The notes under the pieces are model-generated. The model worked only from the letters and a program-made list of their open reading frames with translations. It had not been told where the DNA came from and made no database searches. A stretch of DNA of 64,000 nucleotides from Lobosporangium transversale (taxonomy: Eukaryota): positions 62,001-126,000 of the forward strand of contig NW_019028996.1 in NCBI RefSeq assembly GCF_002105155.1. The letters are read 5' to 3'. Below are positions 1 to 13,680 of the stretch, one piece after another; positions within the stretch are counted from its first letter, which is position 1, and each line of letters starts with the position of its first letter. Made by a program: the position numbers and the translations under genes.

Positions 1-3000
1 TGAGCCTTTTTTTTAGTCTGTGGGCTGCCTTAGCACGCACGGGCTAGAAAATACATCTTGAAGCCTGAATGAAGAGAAGAAAGCAGCGAGAGGAAAAGAA
101 TGTCGACTCTGCAAATCCTCCGCCTTGCTCATTCCAGACAATCAACGTCACCAACCGTGTCATCTCTAAACTACAGACTTGTCTGGACTCTTCCTTTTCT
201 TTGTTGCATGATAGCCTCACCTCCTGAGCTCTTCTTGTTTTCTGTATACTCTACCGATTAATTCAAAAAAGCATCAAGAGTAGCCATAACCAGAGAAGAA
301 AAGGAAAGAGTATATTCTTTATCCAACAGTTAAAAACCTGTTTGGCGCGACATGGCTTCATAATGCTACTCTGCTGAATCCTTTTCAAGGTGCAGTAGTA
401 CAAAACCCAAAAAGAAAAATCTCTACAATTTTGAGTTTTCGTGGCTACTGACCAAATACATGTATATATATATGTATATATCATTCATTCAAGTCTTTGA
501 TCTTACCGTGTCTTCTATATCTGTAAATTCATGTAGGCATGGGAGATCATCATTTTGTAGCCTTGCATGATTTTTTTGTATTTTTCTGAAAACTTCCCGC
601 ATAATAAATGAGTGTCTGAGTTGACGAACGATTTTCAGGGGTCCCATCATGGGTCTTAAGGTTGATTCCTCAATCCAACGACAACGACGCGTGGCGCTTG
701 GGGACAAACTCTAACATGCACGCCGCATGTCCTCAACACTATTCTCTTATCAAAACTCAATTACTGTACATGTTTGTCGCCTTTCTGTTTTGTGCTTTTG
801 TGTGTGTATTTGTGTTTGCATATTGCAAGACGATTTGAAAACATTTTTTTTTTTTTTGTCTGCACGTTCACTGAAGGATCACTCCACCTTTTGTCTTCTC
901 AATGTATCCGTAATTTGGAATAGTCACACGTCTTTACATAAAAATAAAAAACGAAGAAAGAAAAGATTCTGGAAGAAGAAAATAGAGCCTGAACACAATA
1001 CGAAAGAAGATGAGAAGATGAGAAGGAAGGGAGAAGGTTTATGCATAGCCTCTGCCTCTGCCATGCTACCACGTTACTCTTCTTTCAAAGAGTTTCTAAC
1101 AGCACAAAATGAAGATGTTTGCTATTAAGATGAAGCGTTACAAAGCACAAGCAACAACAGAAAAAAAGGGGTAGTAGGGAGGCAAGTGGCACTACAATAA
1201 ACACAGAAAAACTGTCTGAATGAACCAGTGCACGTTCCGCTGGGAGGTCGTAGACAGGAAAGGGGGAAAGGGAGAAAGGATGGGCCTGCTCTCATTCACC
1301 ATTGAACAGTACACTGAACAAAAGACAGGCGAGCCAAGTGTGTGGTACATTGCACCTTGGGCTTCAGTGCATGCATGCATTGCATGTAAATTTGGACAGG
1401 TGCGTGAAGTATAGAGAAATGAGACCAATGAACAAAAAACCCTCGAGGATCCAAACAAGAAACGAAAAGGATTTGGGAGAAATTGGGCTGTTCAAAGCCT
1501 CTTGCACCATGATTTCTTCTCCCTTTTCTTTCCTTCGGGTCATTAGTTGCACCGCTTTGTCCCTGAACTTTGCCAGTCACTTGTAAGGCATGGAATGCTT
1601 CTTTCTGCTCCAGAGTCATGGTTGAATAAAGGACGCAAAGGACCTCAGTTGTGCCTGAAAACAATGAGCAAGAGACCGTAATTGTAGTTAGGGATCACAC
1701 ACACTAGAAAGGAGATGCTCAACAATGAGTACAGACTCTAGTTATGCAGAAGTTGGACTGTAAACAAAGTTCTTTACGGGCCACAAAGGATACAAGTGTA
1801 CAAAATGGAAACGCGGGATATACTTTCCAGAATCAGCGAGACAACACCAAAAAGTCGGACCAGTCCACACAAAAAAGAGAAAAAAGAGCTCACTCCAGAT
1901 GTTTACCACAATCAATTATGGATTGAATTGCAAATATATACAAAAGTGCAGTGCGTGCATCAATGTAATTTCGAGCACTTTCCTACGACTCTTTTTTTTT
2001 CCTTATCCCTTTTCGTAAAAAAACGATTGCTCAATACATCAAACATTGACCTCCTTGCCGTTGGACTGTAACCCTTTACAGCTAAAGAGGGTAATAAAAA
2101 TATATATATAATATATATATTAATAATATGTAATAATCATAATCTAGTAATAATGGTAATAATAATAATATATAATATATATATTATTTCACTCACTTGG
2201 CCACCAAATCACTCAGCGAGAGCAAACATGAATGTATATATATACTTTCTCTCAATGAGGGAAACAGCGTTTTGAATCGTCGGGCATATGTCTCGCATGG
2301 TGTCTATTCTTATTCCATGCGATTTTACATCACAAATAAATATATATATATTATATATATATATATAAAATTAAAAAAGATAACGGGGTTTTTTTTATTT
2401 TTTATTTTTTTATTTTTTCATAATGGCGCCATGAGGATTGAAAAATGCGAGCGTCAACAAGCGGCACCAAGTTATTGGCTGATGGTGCCTCGTTTTTTTT
2501 TGTTTTTTTTTTTTATTCTCGTGTTTATATACTTCTGTTGATCAACGGCCTATGGCTGCTTCATTCGTAACCTTGTGCAACCTTCTAGCATCGCCATTTA
2601 CTCTCTTTCTTTAAGAAGAGTTGTTTCTGTTTTCGACTAGTTAAGAGAGAGCATTTTACGATGCATGGGGCGTGAGTAGCAGTGTCTCAAGGTTCGCTAG
2701 TTGAGCTTCAAAATGGCACTAGCGATTGTATACATGTACACTTTATGGCTCTCATACAAACACATTATGCACATGGGCGATCCAAAGGAAGAAATGGAGC
2801 CGTATTTTGAAGTATCACCCTGAGATTTTTATAACACGCACAGCTTTTGGAAATACTTTATCACTTTATCGCTCTGTTTGCGTTCATTTGATTGCAAGCG
2901 ATGGAGAGCAATTACTTTCTTTTCTTAATGAGAAGGGATAGACAAAGCGAATGAAAGAAATGAGCTGAAGATTATGAGGGAGTAAAGACATATGTTTATT

Positions 3001-4627
3001 TTGGTATATATATAAAATTCATTTCTTAAACTCTTTTTTTGTGTTTGCGTGTTTCTGGTGGATCATGTTGGCAGTTTATTCTTTGCATTGTATATACCAT
3101 GATAATGTTGTTCCTGGTCATGTCAAGCTGTCGCTCTCAGGCCATGTCATGATCAACTAAAATTCGGTCCTGGTGATCAGAAAAAGAAAGGAAAAGGATG
3201 AAAAACAACTGTTTCTGCTAAGACTAGATCAGTGTGTGTGAAAATTACTACAGCGCTACCCACGCCTCTCTCTTGAGTCAACCCAAAGTTGGATATGATG
3301 CACTGTCCGACGCGATCTGAATATACTAAAAGAGGCCTAGCAGTCTCTCCTCCGCTAAATGTCTTGATCCCAGCCTAACCTAGCCTGCTGCACCATGACA
3401 TGTTTCCTGATATCTAATAAATTTGTGAAGATGTTACTCCCTGTCCCTCATTCTGAAATGATCTCTCTGTATTTGAATTTGCATTTGATTTTTTTTTTTT
3501 TTTTTTTTTTCTTTTTTCAAGAAAACAGTAAGAGGCCGAGAGACCGAGAAAGACGATGGTCTATAGTCTATTAGGCTTTGGTTTTACCACGTTTATTTGC
3601 AATTTTCTCTCCTTTTTTTTTCTGTTAATGGTTTATTAACCCACTCCTGATACATACATACGCACTGAACCCATAGTTTATACAGAGTTTTAGTGCTCAT
3701 CCTCGCCTGTTCATCGTCATTGTCAGGCACTAGCTCAGCACTTGTTTTTCCACTAAGCTCTCAAAAGAGGAGAAGTAGGGAGGAATTAATTCACTTTTAA
3801 TGAATCGATATAAATATATATATATATAATGTATTTTTTATACATTTTTATTTATTTATTTGAAAATTGCATATACTTTTATACCGACTCTTTCATAACT
3901 GAATTGGTCTATTCCCATATTCTCATTTACATGTATTCATTATCAAATAAGCAAGTCATTTTTTTCTTTTTTGATCTCTTTTTCCCTTTCTCATGTCTGT
4001 CCCGTTTTTAGCTCCTTTTTTCATCGTCTTTTTTACCTTCTGGTCCATGAATAACACTTTTATAAGTTATATATATATATATTTGCATGCCATGTATTCG
4101 TATTTGAATATGTTTTGAATAAAAAACCTTTTGCATTATCTCTCCTCCCTGGCCTGGTAGTTGGGTTACCAGTCTCGCTCTAGCACAAGTTCTCCACCAT
4201 CCTCACTTCTTTTCTGCTCTTAACCAAACTTTTTTTTTTTTTTTTTTTTTTTTTCCCCTTTCTAGATGAACAGAATTCTGAACAGGCTTATGTATTCACA
4301 AATATAAAATATAGACTGTTGTACAGCCTCTCATTAGCTCCGCAGGATTAGTACAAACATTTATCCATTTTAGTGCAATAGACATTGTCACTCACTCTTA
4401 GTTGTGGGACACGATCTTCTGAAAGAAATATTTAAAAAGGATCTCCTCTTCTCTCCCCCTTTTTTTTATTTTTTATTTTTTTTTTTATTTTAATTCTTTC
4501 TCTTCACCTATTCTCATCAATCAACATCTATTTAAACAAAGTGCTTCTCGCACACTTCCCCGCTATCAAATTTTCAACCATCCATTCATATCTTTCTTTC
4601 CTATCTCTCTTTCACACATTGGCATCA

Positions 4628-5230
4628 ATGGAGTCAATGGTATGCACACCAAACATGCTCCCTTCATCCACACCTTCCTCACCTTCCTCACCTTCCTCAC
4701 CTTCCTCACCATCAAGCAGCTCAAGTAGTTGCAAATCTGTACAGTTCTCAAGATTTGTCAAGATCTCTTTCACATATGATGGCGACGAGTATGATCGCTC
4801 TGCCCTCGAACCCTGCAAGCTTTCAACGACAGAGGAGTCTGAGCTACTACAGATGCGCAATAGCTGGCGGCAAGAGATGAACGAACGGTTGAACATACTT
4901 CAGAGCACTGCAGATGATCTTGAACTATCACCAGAACAACAACGCTCATGCGCCAGTCGCGTTTCCCCTCATTCGCTTCTTCAGTCGGCATCTACCTGTT
5001 CGCATTCATCCCCTCCATGCTCTCCTGTTCTCTCTCACCATGACAGTTGCAGCAGCAGCAGTGACGACGAATATGAGTCTGTTCTGTCTCAACGTCCTCA
5101 ACTTACACCCCAACAGCAGCAACAATACCAACGTTTGAAGCGCTTTGGAGGTAGTGGGAACGCTGTGAATGGGATGATGCACCGACATAATCTTGATCAA
5201 TCAAAAGAAAATGTACAGTGCATCGCCTAG
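4628..5230 (+). CDS. Small intronless Ser/Gln-rich protein with a putative PP1-docking motif (Bni4/Phactr/neurabin-like)
   Basis: First ATG of the ORF is at 4628 (the ORF track starts at a GTG); 200 aa. It contains KSVQFSRFVKISFTYDGDEYDRSALEPCKLSTTEESEL, resembling the RVxF...(D/E)YDR PP1-binding segment. A pyrimidine-rich leader precedes it. Confidence 0.65.
   Translation: MESMVCTPNMLPSSTPSSPSSPSSPSSPSSSSSSCKSVQFSRFVKISFTYDGDEYDRSALEPCKLSTTEESELLQMRNSWRQEMNERLNILQSTADDLELSPEQQRSCASRVSPHSLLQSASTCSHSSPPCSPVLSHHDSCSSSSDDEYESVLSQRPQLTPQQQQQYQRLKRFGGSGNAVNGMMHRHNLDQSKENVQCIA
4673..4710 (+). repeat. (CCTTCCTCA)x4 in-frame tandem repeat encoding PSS repeats
   Basis: Seen directly in the sequence. 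Confidence 0.9.
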
Positions 5231-5447
5231 ATTCAAGTCAAATCGAGTCTTTTTTCTCTACCAACAGGGGCGGAATACAATCAAGCCCATCCACGACAAT
5301 CACCAAATTATTTTGATCCCACATTGTTTGAGATTCATTGTTACTTTCTCTTATTGCCTGTGCTTACGGATCAAACCCAAGCTAGTGTGAAACCTTCTTG
5401 TCTGGAACTGTTCCCGACGTAATTGTTTTCTCACTTTGCCTCCACAT

Positions 5448-5480
<33 letters not shown>

Positions 5481-7159
5481 CTTTTTTTTTTTCTGGCACT
5501 TTTTATCGACTCATGGCTGCTCGCATAAGCCAAGACACGATATGTTTAATTAACACTTCCATGGAGACATGGGCCAAGACTGGTCCCATGGCTTTTATCA
5601 TCATGATGACAAATTGTACATTCCCGTCCTTTATACCATTACGTTTTTATTGTTATTATTTTCTTTGACTTTAATGTAGATGCACAGGCTGCAATGTCCT
5701 CCTCCCTCGTTTTATGTAATAGTATTTGTATATTTTGCCGCCCTTTTTTCTTTTTCGTCTTGTTGTAGTTCTTTTTTTCTGTTCATTTGTACAGCATGAT
5801 CATTAAGTAAATAAATAAAAAGACAATGAAGAGAGCAATAAGCATGATCTTTTTACCATGAATGACATTGAAAGTATATGTCTATGCGCGCGTGTTTTAA
5901 GCATGACGATACCGTCAATGCATCTGATCAGGATCATAATCATAACCATAACCATTATTTTTTTTTTTCTGGAGTACCAAACAAGGGAAAGGAAGGAGTG
6001 TTCTTAAGGTTGACAGTGCTATTGACTGACATGGTAAAACCTGCACAATGACTGGTAGAAAACATTTATTAATGAAAGCATTATATTGATATTCATTAAA
6101 TATTTTGAATATTTTGCCGCCTATTTCATATTTCCCGATTTATTATTTTCCTATTGCACAGTAAACTATCATCATCCAACTTGTATGCATCTTTCAGCTA
6201 AGAGTACTAGAAGAGGGGGAAAAAAAAAAAAAAAAAAAAAAGTTTTTTACTTGTGTGACAAATATTGTCACGAAGTAATAGAAGAGGGTAAAAAGTGGGG
6301 AAAAAGTTTGGCACTAAAAAGTACGAAAAAAAATTGTCAGTGTAGCAATTCACTTGGAGGGAAGAGATGAGGACTGTGTGATTATGGGGGCGATTTCCAA
6401 TACTCTAATCGCTTTGTGTTTATGGAGGCATTCAGCCCATCCAATATTGAAAGAAAGGGAGATGCTTGGCGATAGTATTATAATAAGCTTTCATGTCAAG
6501 TCAAACCATATTGAGAACCTTGATGTTGATCAGATGTGGGCAAATGTTTGTTTCCACTCTTACATAAAATATAGTATAGCATCTTCCATCAATGTGGTTT
6601 GAGAAAAGAAAAGAAAAGAAAAATCAACTTCTCTCTTCAACAAAGCAGTTCTTCTTTGTTCTTGTTCGGCCAAGAGTAATGTACAAGATAAAAAAAAAGG
6701 GGGAGTGAATTTTAATGCAACTTTCGCGCTTTGCATTGTTTGTTGTCTTTTTTAATACTCCATGCAGTCCATGGTTTACTTTGCATGCACTAGCTCACTG
6801 ATAATGTTTGTGTATTTAAGCAACACATCGTGGTAAAAAAAAAAAAAAAAAAAAAAAGAGAGAAAGGGCGGGAGAGACGAGTCGAATAAATTATGTGTAT
6901 TGTCAAAAGAGCTGTAGCTTTCAGCGTTATGTTTACGCGATAAATCATTAAGAAGACGGGAGCGGGAGCAATTGAAAAGAATGAAAAAGCTCATCAATTA
7001 CTAAAGAAAAAATTGGATGCCTTCGAGCATGTACACCTTTTTTTTTTTTTTTTTGACTTTATTTCGTAAAAAGCTAAAAAAAAAAAAAAAAAAAAAAAAA
7101 AAACAAGGGGAAGAGAGATGAGCGGGAATAATCAGTGGGTGTGTTTCTTTCTCTATCTT

Positions 7160-8061
7160 TCACAAGGTGCAAGTCATTTCAAACCATGGATCTGGGCCAT
7201 GTTCGACTTCACTCTTGCCAACAAGCTCAAAGCCTACTCCTGTATACAGGCTGATCAACTCTTTATGAGCAATGAGCAATACACGCTCTAGACGGACAGT
7301 AGGCAATGCGGATGTTGGGGGATTGCTATTGTTGACGCTGTTGCTATTGTTATTGTTATCGATGCTGCTATTGTTGTTGTTATTGTTATTGAGACGCCGC
7401 AAATGGTCCAAGTACTCTTTCATCATCGCGCTTGCAATTCCCCGACGTTGGTAGGCCCTTGCGACACAAACAGAGTGAATGCAGACAGAGGTCCCCTTGG
7501 GATCATGGGTGGACATGGATGCATGAGTGAGATGCAGATCGGATGACAGAGTTGAAACAATGTATCCAACAAGGATATCGCCTTGCAGCACCTGCTCAGC
7601 ACCTGTTCCTGTTCCTGTTCCTGTACCTGCTTTCATTCCCGTCGCTGTTGTGTAACATCCAAGAAAAAGTTGAGGTGCAGCTTCTTGCCGATAAACCAGG
7701 TTTTCAAGCGACGCGGCTTCATCTTCGGGATATTCTACCAATAGGGAGAATGTGAGAAAGAGATTCATGGCCATTTGATTGGATGAAAGAAGATTGGGCG
7801 TCAGGAACGTAAATGACAATACGACTGTATATATACAAGCACAAGCTATCAACACGAAATTTCATCAAGGCTTACAATCAGCTCTTGCAGAAGAGCCAGT
7901 AAATACCAAGCAAAGAAAAATAATAGACTAGTATTTAAATAAACAACCAAACAGCTAAAAAAATACTCACCTGTGATTTCTATTTTGTAGGCCTTTGGAA
8001 CATCTTCTGCTGGAAGAAGTTTGTATTGGAGAACGAGATTATTGGCTCTTGACTCTGGCAT
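7160..8061 (-). CDS. GNAT-family N-acetyltransferase (arylalkylamine/polyamine acetyltransferase, PAA1-like), 2 exons: 8061-7971 and 7734-7160
   Basis: A GTGAGT..TAG intron joins MPESRANN..KIEIT to EYPEDEAASLE. Motifs: VCIHSVCV, acetyl-CoA loop YQRRGIA, LIAHKELISLYTGVGF, HGPDPWFEM. Confidence 0.85.
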
Positions 8062-8533
8062 TATGAACGGGGCTGAAGAAAGGCGGAGAAAGAGTAAGGT
8101 TATGAGGGTTCAATATCGAGAGCCGATGACGAGGCGGGAACAAAGGCTACAAAAGACAAATCACCATGACCCTGTATTGCTACATTTCTTTTTTCTTTTT
8201 TTTTTTTTTTTTTTTTTTTCCGTCCCTGAGTGATGGTAACGAACCTATTGAAGCTCTGTTACTAGAATGAGAAAAAAGAAAACTTGTTATTTTCATCATT
8301 CATCTCATTCCATTTCAAGCGAAGCCCATGTGACTGCATCTGACTCGTGACGATCAGTGCCCTTCTTTGCCACCAATATGCTCAGTAACAACACACTTTT
8401 TTTTTTTTTTTTTTTTTTTTCTTATTAATTTCTTTGCTACTTCCACCCTTGCGATTTACTAGCCTTTTAACCGTTAGAGCACCATCAGATAAACTGAAAG
8501 CCTGCCTTTCTTGACAAAAGAAAACAAAGCTCA

Positions 8534-11500
8534 ATGGCCACTACACCGGATAGTTCTTCTAAAAGGGCTTCACGAATATCTATTCCCAAAGATGAATCTT
8601 CCTCCACTAATAATGACCAAGATAATGATCCAACAGTGCCCAGCCCGCCATTTCATGATCTCGTAATGTTGTTGGAAGAAATTTCAAGAAAACGCACAGA
8701 AAAGTCGCCACTTTTGCGCAGGTATTTCCAGGTATAGATAAAATAAATAAATAAGAGAATAGAAAAACAATTTCATTATTTATTTCGCTTTCCAGCAAAA
8801 TGTAATGCTGTTTTATTTTATTTTGGGTCCAACAACTGTAGGAATGGCGCGAAAATGGGTATGGTGACATGTTTCCAGTTATCAGGCTTATCTTGCCTCA
8901 GGTGAGGATAGCTCTGCACTTTTTTTTTTTTTTTTTTTTTTTTTGCAATATTTGTTTGAACAAGTCGATTGATCAAATTATTCCCCTAATCATTAGCTTG
9001 ATCGTGAAAGGGGTCGCTATGGTCTCAAGGAACAAAAAATGGCAGATTTGTATATCATAAGCCTGAACATCCTGCCCGGCTCTGAACCGGCCATTAAACT
9101 CAAGAATTGGAAAGAGGGTTCTCGGGTAAGAGGCCATAACATCTAATTCCAATTGTAAAAAGACTCCTGATAAATCACTAGTAATAGTATTAAAAAAAAA
9201 AAAAAAAAAACTCAACGCTTCAAATCGTAGGATTCAAGCGGTGATTTCAGTTTAATAGTACGAGAAGTGGTGGCCAGTCGGTCGCTAGTGACCCATCCAC
9301 AAGGACAAACGATCCGCGATGTCAATAGGCTTCTTACAGGGCTCTCAAGAAAGTATGCTAAGCAAACTATCGGAATGCAAAAATAAGAGATGTGGAAAGA
9401 CATTAACACAAGCATGTCTCTCTTTTTAATTTAGAGGATCGGATAACATACACATATTTAAAACGCTTGTCCAAAGCTATACACCCTTGGAAAATAAATG
9501 GATTGTGCGAATCATCAACCGAGATCTCAAGATTCACATGAATGAAAACTCTGTTCTTCCATGCTATCATCAAGATGCTTTCGAGCTATTTAATGTGTGC
9601 AGTGACCTTCGGAAGACTGTCCTTGATTGTGCGGACCCAACAGTACGTATTTCCACCTCTACTGTTAGCCTTGGCCGTCCATACAAGCCCATGCTCTCAA
9701 AGAGGCTACCAAGTGCCAAAGACGTAGTAGAAAGCATGGGAAATATGACTTTCTGGATTGAAACCAAACTTGATGGAGAGCGCGTACAGGTTCATAAAGA
9801 CGGGGATAAGTATCGATATTGGTCCAGGAACTCTACAGAATATACTCACCTCTATGGGGCTACGTCAGAAGAGGGTTCGCTTACTCCATTCCTCCATCCA
9901 CTCATTAACCCAAAAGTTGAAAGTCTGATCTTGGATGGCGAAATGGTCGAATATGATCCAGCAACTAAACAAATACTTGGTTTTGGAACGGTCAAGACTG
10001 CAGGAGGAGATCATTCTGGCGATAAGCATAAAAGACGACCGCTTTGTAAGCAGCAGTTCATTTCTATTTTATCTACATGCAGTATAGCGTTCAAACCATG
10101 ATACTAATGGTTGCTTTCAAAATTTGCTCCGACGATCCAGTGTTTGTCTTTGATGTGCTGTACATGAACGGCGCATCCATCATTGATCAACCGCTAGAGG
10201 CTCGACGTGATATGCTACCCTCCATATTCATCAAAGAGCGTGAGGGACATTTGGAAATTTTAAAATATCAAGTCGCTTCCACAGAGCAGCACATTATCGA
10301 TGCAATCGATGCAGCTGTAATGGATCGCCAGGAAGGCGTCATTGTCAAAAACCCGCGGTCAGTGTATTTACCTAATGGCAGAGGGAAGGATTGGGTAAAG
10401 ATTAAACCAGAGTATATCGACGGTATCTGTGACAGTTTAGACGTCCTTATCGTGGGAGGTTACTATGGAACAGGCTCCCGTGGTGGTCAAGGTGTCATTT
10501 CTTCTTATTTATGCGCAGTACGCGATAATACATCCAAATCCTCTACTGGAAAGAAATTCCTGACATTTTGCAAGTTTGGTTCCGGCTTCTCTTATCAGCA
10601 GATGGGGAAATTCAGGCATGTCCTTATTAATGAAACAAAGCTAGTTCCATGGCATTTGTTCCCAGCTAATACTCAATTGCATTTGTCATGGCGATGCTGC
10701 AAATAGTGATTTACTGTCGCCTCACTGGAAAGAGTATAAGTATTACAAGGAGAACCCATGGGTGGAGATGTTCGACAGTGCCAAGATGCGCCCCGATGTG
10801 ATTATTGATCCTGCCAAGTATGTATTTGAGGTGTCTCTGATTCATAATAATAGAGCCCAAAAAAGGCTGAGATATAGCTTTACTAACCGAGAATATAATA
10901 ATAAAAAAAGGTCTATTGTAGTAGAAGTAAAGGCTTCGGAGATCCTACCCAACACGGATTCTTATGCCGCAGAATATACGCTCCGTTTCCCTCGGTTCCT
11001 ACACATTCGCCAGGATAAAGACATGGATTCATGTATGACCATGAGTGAAGTTCATCGCATGTTTCGTGAATTTAAAGGCAAGCTTTCCAACAAACAATTC
11101 AGTGCCAGAAGTTCTACCGCGCTTATTAAGGTCAAGGAGAAGTTGGCTGGGCCACGGAAGGTATGCATGCGAAGTGACGAACAACGTTTCAATTGGAGAC
11201 ATGTTGGTGTGTTGGCTCTTTTTTTTTTGTCTTTATTTACAGAGTCTGAGACGGAAAATACTATTTTTTACGTCTCCTTCATAGTCAACGCAAGCACGTC
11301 TGTTACACAGCATTGTTGGGGATATGAGTGCCTTCAAAATCGAAACAGATCTTTTCAAAGGCCAGGTTTTCTGGGTCGTACGGGGCGATCAGCAGCATTC
11401 CAAGTCAGAGTTAGAAGTACTGATCAAGCGATTCGGGGGGAAGCAGTCTCAGTCCGATCAAGTGGAAGGCACCATCATCATTGCAGGAGTTCATGGTATG

Positions 11501-13032
11501 GAATTGTTTTTTCTTTTTTTTTTTTAGTTCATGGAAAATACCGGGGTTTCCTTATCCGCTTCATGAGTGCGGCAATTGTTTGTTCATCAATGCTCTTCAA
11601 ATCCCTTTCGCGGTATTATAGGGCCTGACCTTATTGGACTCAAAAAAAAGGGTCATAGAAACATTGTTCTACCTACATGGATCCGCGCCTGCATTAACGA
11701 GTTGCGGCTAATTCCTTTAAACCCAAAGTACATGTTGTTTACAACAAAAGAAACTGAAAAGCAATTCCGATTGATCATGGACGAGTACAAGGATTCATAT
11801 ACCGAGCCACTCACTGCGGAGGGGTTGCAAGAAATTCTGGACAAGATGCCTAATAGAAGCGAAGTCGTCAAGCGCAGGCGTTTGAAGGCTGCTGAAGAAA
11901 CAGCTGCAAGGAATAAAATGAAGAGGCTTAATAATTTTGCTGATCAAATTGAATCATCAGCTGTCAACAAGGATATAGACGACAAAGAGGTGGTTTTACA
12001 GATGGAGATCGACAACCTCGATAAAAATTGGGAACAAGAAGATGCTCGCCGTGCACGGAAGATTGCGGCTGAGCTTACACGGCGGTATTATGGAAAGGAA
12101 GGTGAACGTGAACCGCCTCTTGGCATGTTTCAAGGCCTAGAGGTGTTTGTGGTTTATCCGCCTTCACCAACACAGTTGCTGCAGTCAATTGCATCCCAGC
12201 CCTCAACTACAGTGCCCAAATATGCGACTAACAAAGTAAAGCGTGAACCAGATGATACAAATCCAGGATCTCCATTTACAAGGCCGAAAATTTGGAATAC
12301 GAAATGCCCAAAAGGCCCAACACGAGAATTTGAATCGACATTTGATGTCCTATCTGATACAATCGACTTTTGGAGTATGAGGAGAGATGAGAGTGCCTCT
12401 CAGATCATGGCGGATCTTGACGCCAAATCATCACAAAGGATGAAGGAAATCGAAAGTCTGGGAATGGGAAGTCCTTTTTGGGAGTATGTCGACAAGGAGA
12501 AAGCTTATGAAGAAGAATTAGACCAGATGTTAGACAAAATATGTCGCTACCAATTATGTCGGGAAAAGTAAGGCTTTCTTTTCTTTGTCTTCGTCTTTGT
12601 CTTCGTCTTTGTCTTTTTCTTTTCTTTTTTTTTTTTTTTTTTAAACAAGAGAATCATTTTCGCTCTACTTTTTGTTCCTACAGCTTGGATATGATTTCTC
12701 AAATACTTGAGTTTCATGGCGCTGTGATTATGCCGCCGGACCAATGCAATATAGAGCATTGTCAGCAGCTTTTACGAGATCGTGTCAGTGCCAATTATGA
12801 TTTCAAGCTGGATGAAAGATATGTCGGCATTCCGAATGAGATTATTGTCTTGTTTGACCCCTGCTATTTGGAGCCATTAGATGAGTGGCAGAAGGCCATG
12901 CGGATCTCTACATTATACGGCTCTGATGCAAGTTCGTTTGATGTACCACGCCTAGTTACCACAGAATGGGTCAAGCAATCGCAGAAAAGTGAGTACCGTG
13001 TCCCAGAGGAAGCCTATTATCCCATTAAGTAG
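8534..13032 (+). CDS. LIG4: DNA ligase IV (ATP-dependent NHEJ ligase with C-terminal BRCT region), 11 exons
   Basis: Motif I ETKLDGERVQ, ILDGEMV, FDVLYMNG, EGVIVKNP, WVKIKPEY, LRFPRF, and BRCT-like segments (LFKGQVFWV..IVLPTWI; VTTEWV). Exons approx. 8534-8731, 8842-8901, 8997-9125, 9231-9352, 9434-10045, 10141-10615, 10707-10817, 10911-11160, 11285-11496, 11622-12567, 12684-13032. Confidence 0.95.
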
Positions 13033-13537
13033 CAAAAAAAAAAAAAAAAAAAAAAAATCCTGGTGAAAGAGCAACGGAGCTTCCATACGACTTTTTATCG
13101 ATTAGATATTTTAGCTTCCTTTGATATTTTCATCGAACATAAGCTCTTTTTATTAATGTGCATGCACTTGCCTGTCGGCATGGTGAAGTAAAGGATACCT
13201 ATTGTTCCTTTTGTTACACTCTTTTATTAAATGTATCCCATGGAGTTCAAGTAACCATCACATCACTGAATCTACTTGTTGTGTCCACTACAGACTCAAC
13301 AAAGGTGGTCATTTATATTGATCTGCCTGCCTCGTTGTGATACATAGAGCATTATTCAATGACTTTCGAAAGCTATGATTTTCTGGAATATAAAATACAC
13401 TCTCTTCTTTTTTCTAGATTACCCTTCACTTTCTGAGATATCCCTCCCTTTCACCTTCCCTAAATGTGTTGTGTAGATCATGACTAAATGGCCCATACCA
13501 TTTTTTTATTAAGCAGTTATTTGTCATGTCTAATACG

Positions 13538-13568
<31 letters not shown>

Positions 13569-13680
13569 ATTCAATATTCAATACTTCACAAGGATTTTTA
13601 AAAAAATTTATCTCGAGCTTCTATGACTTGTGCGGTTAATGTTCATGGAACGTGTGACAAGCGTGGGACACCTATATACT

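Noticed and set aside
263..4011. Numerous short ORFs in the first 4 kb
   Set aside because: Many start at TTG or run through homopolymers, overlap on both strands and show no recognisable motif or splice chain.
7797..7870. Possible C/D snoRNA in the long GNAT intron (minus strand TGATGA...CTGA)
   Set aside because: No terminal stem and no guide I could match to rRNA. The CTGA is part of CTGAC, a plausible branch site. A snoscan or Infernal run would settle it.
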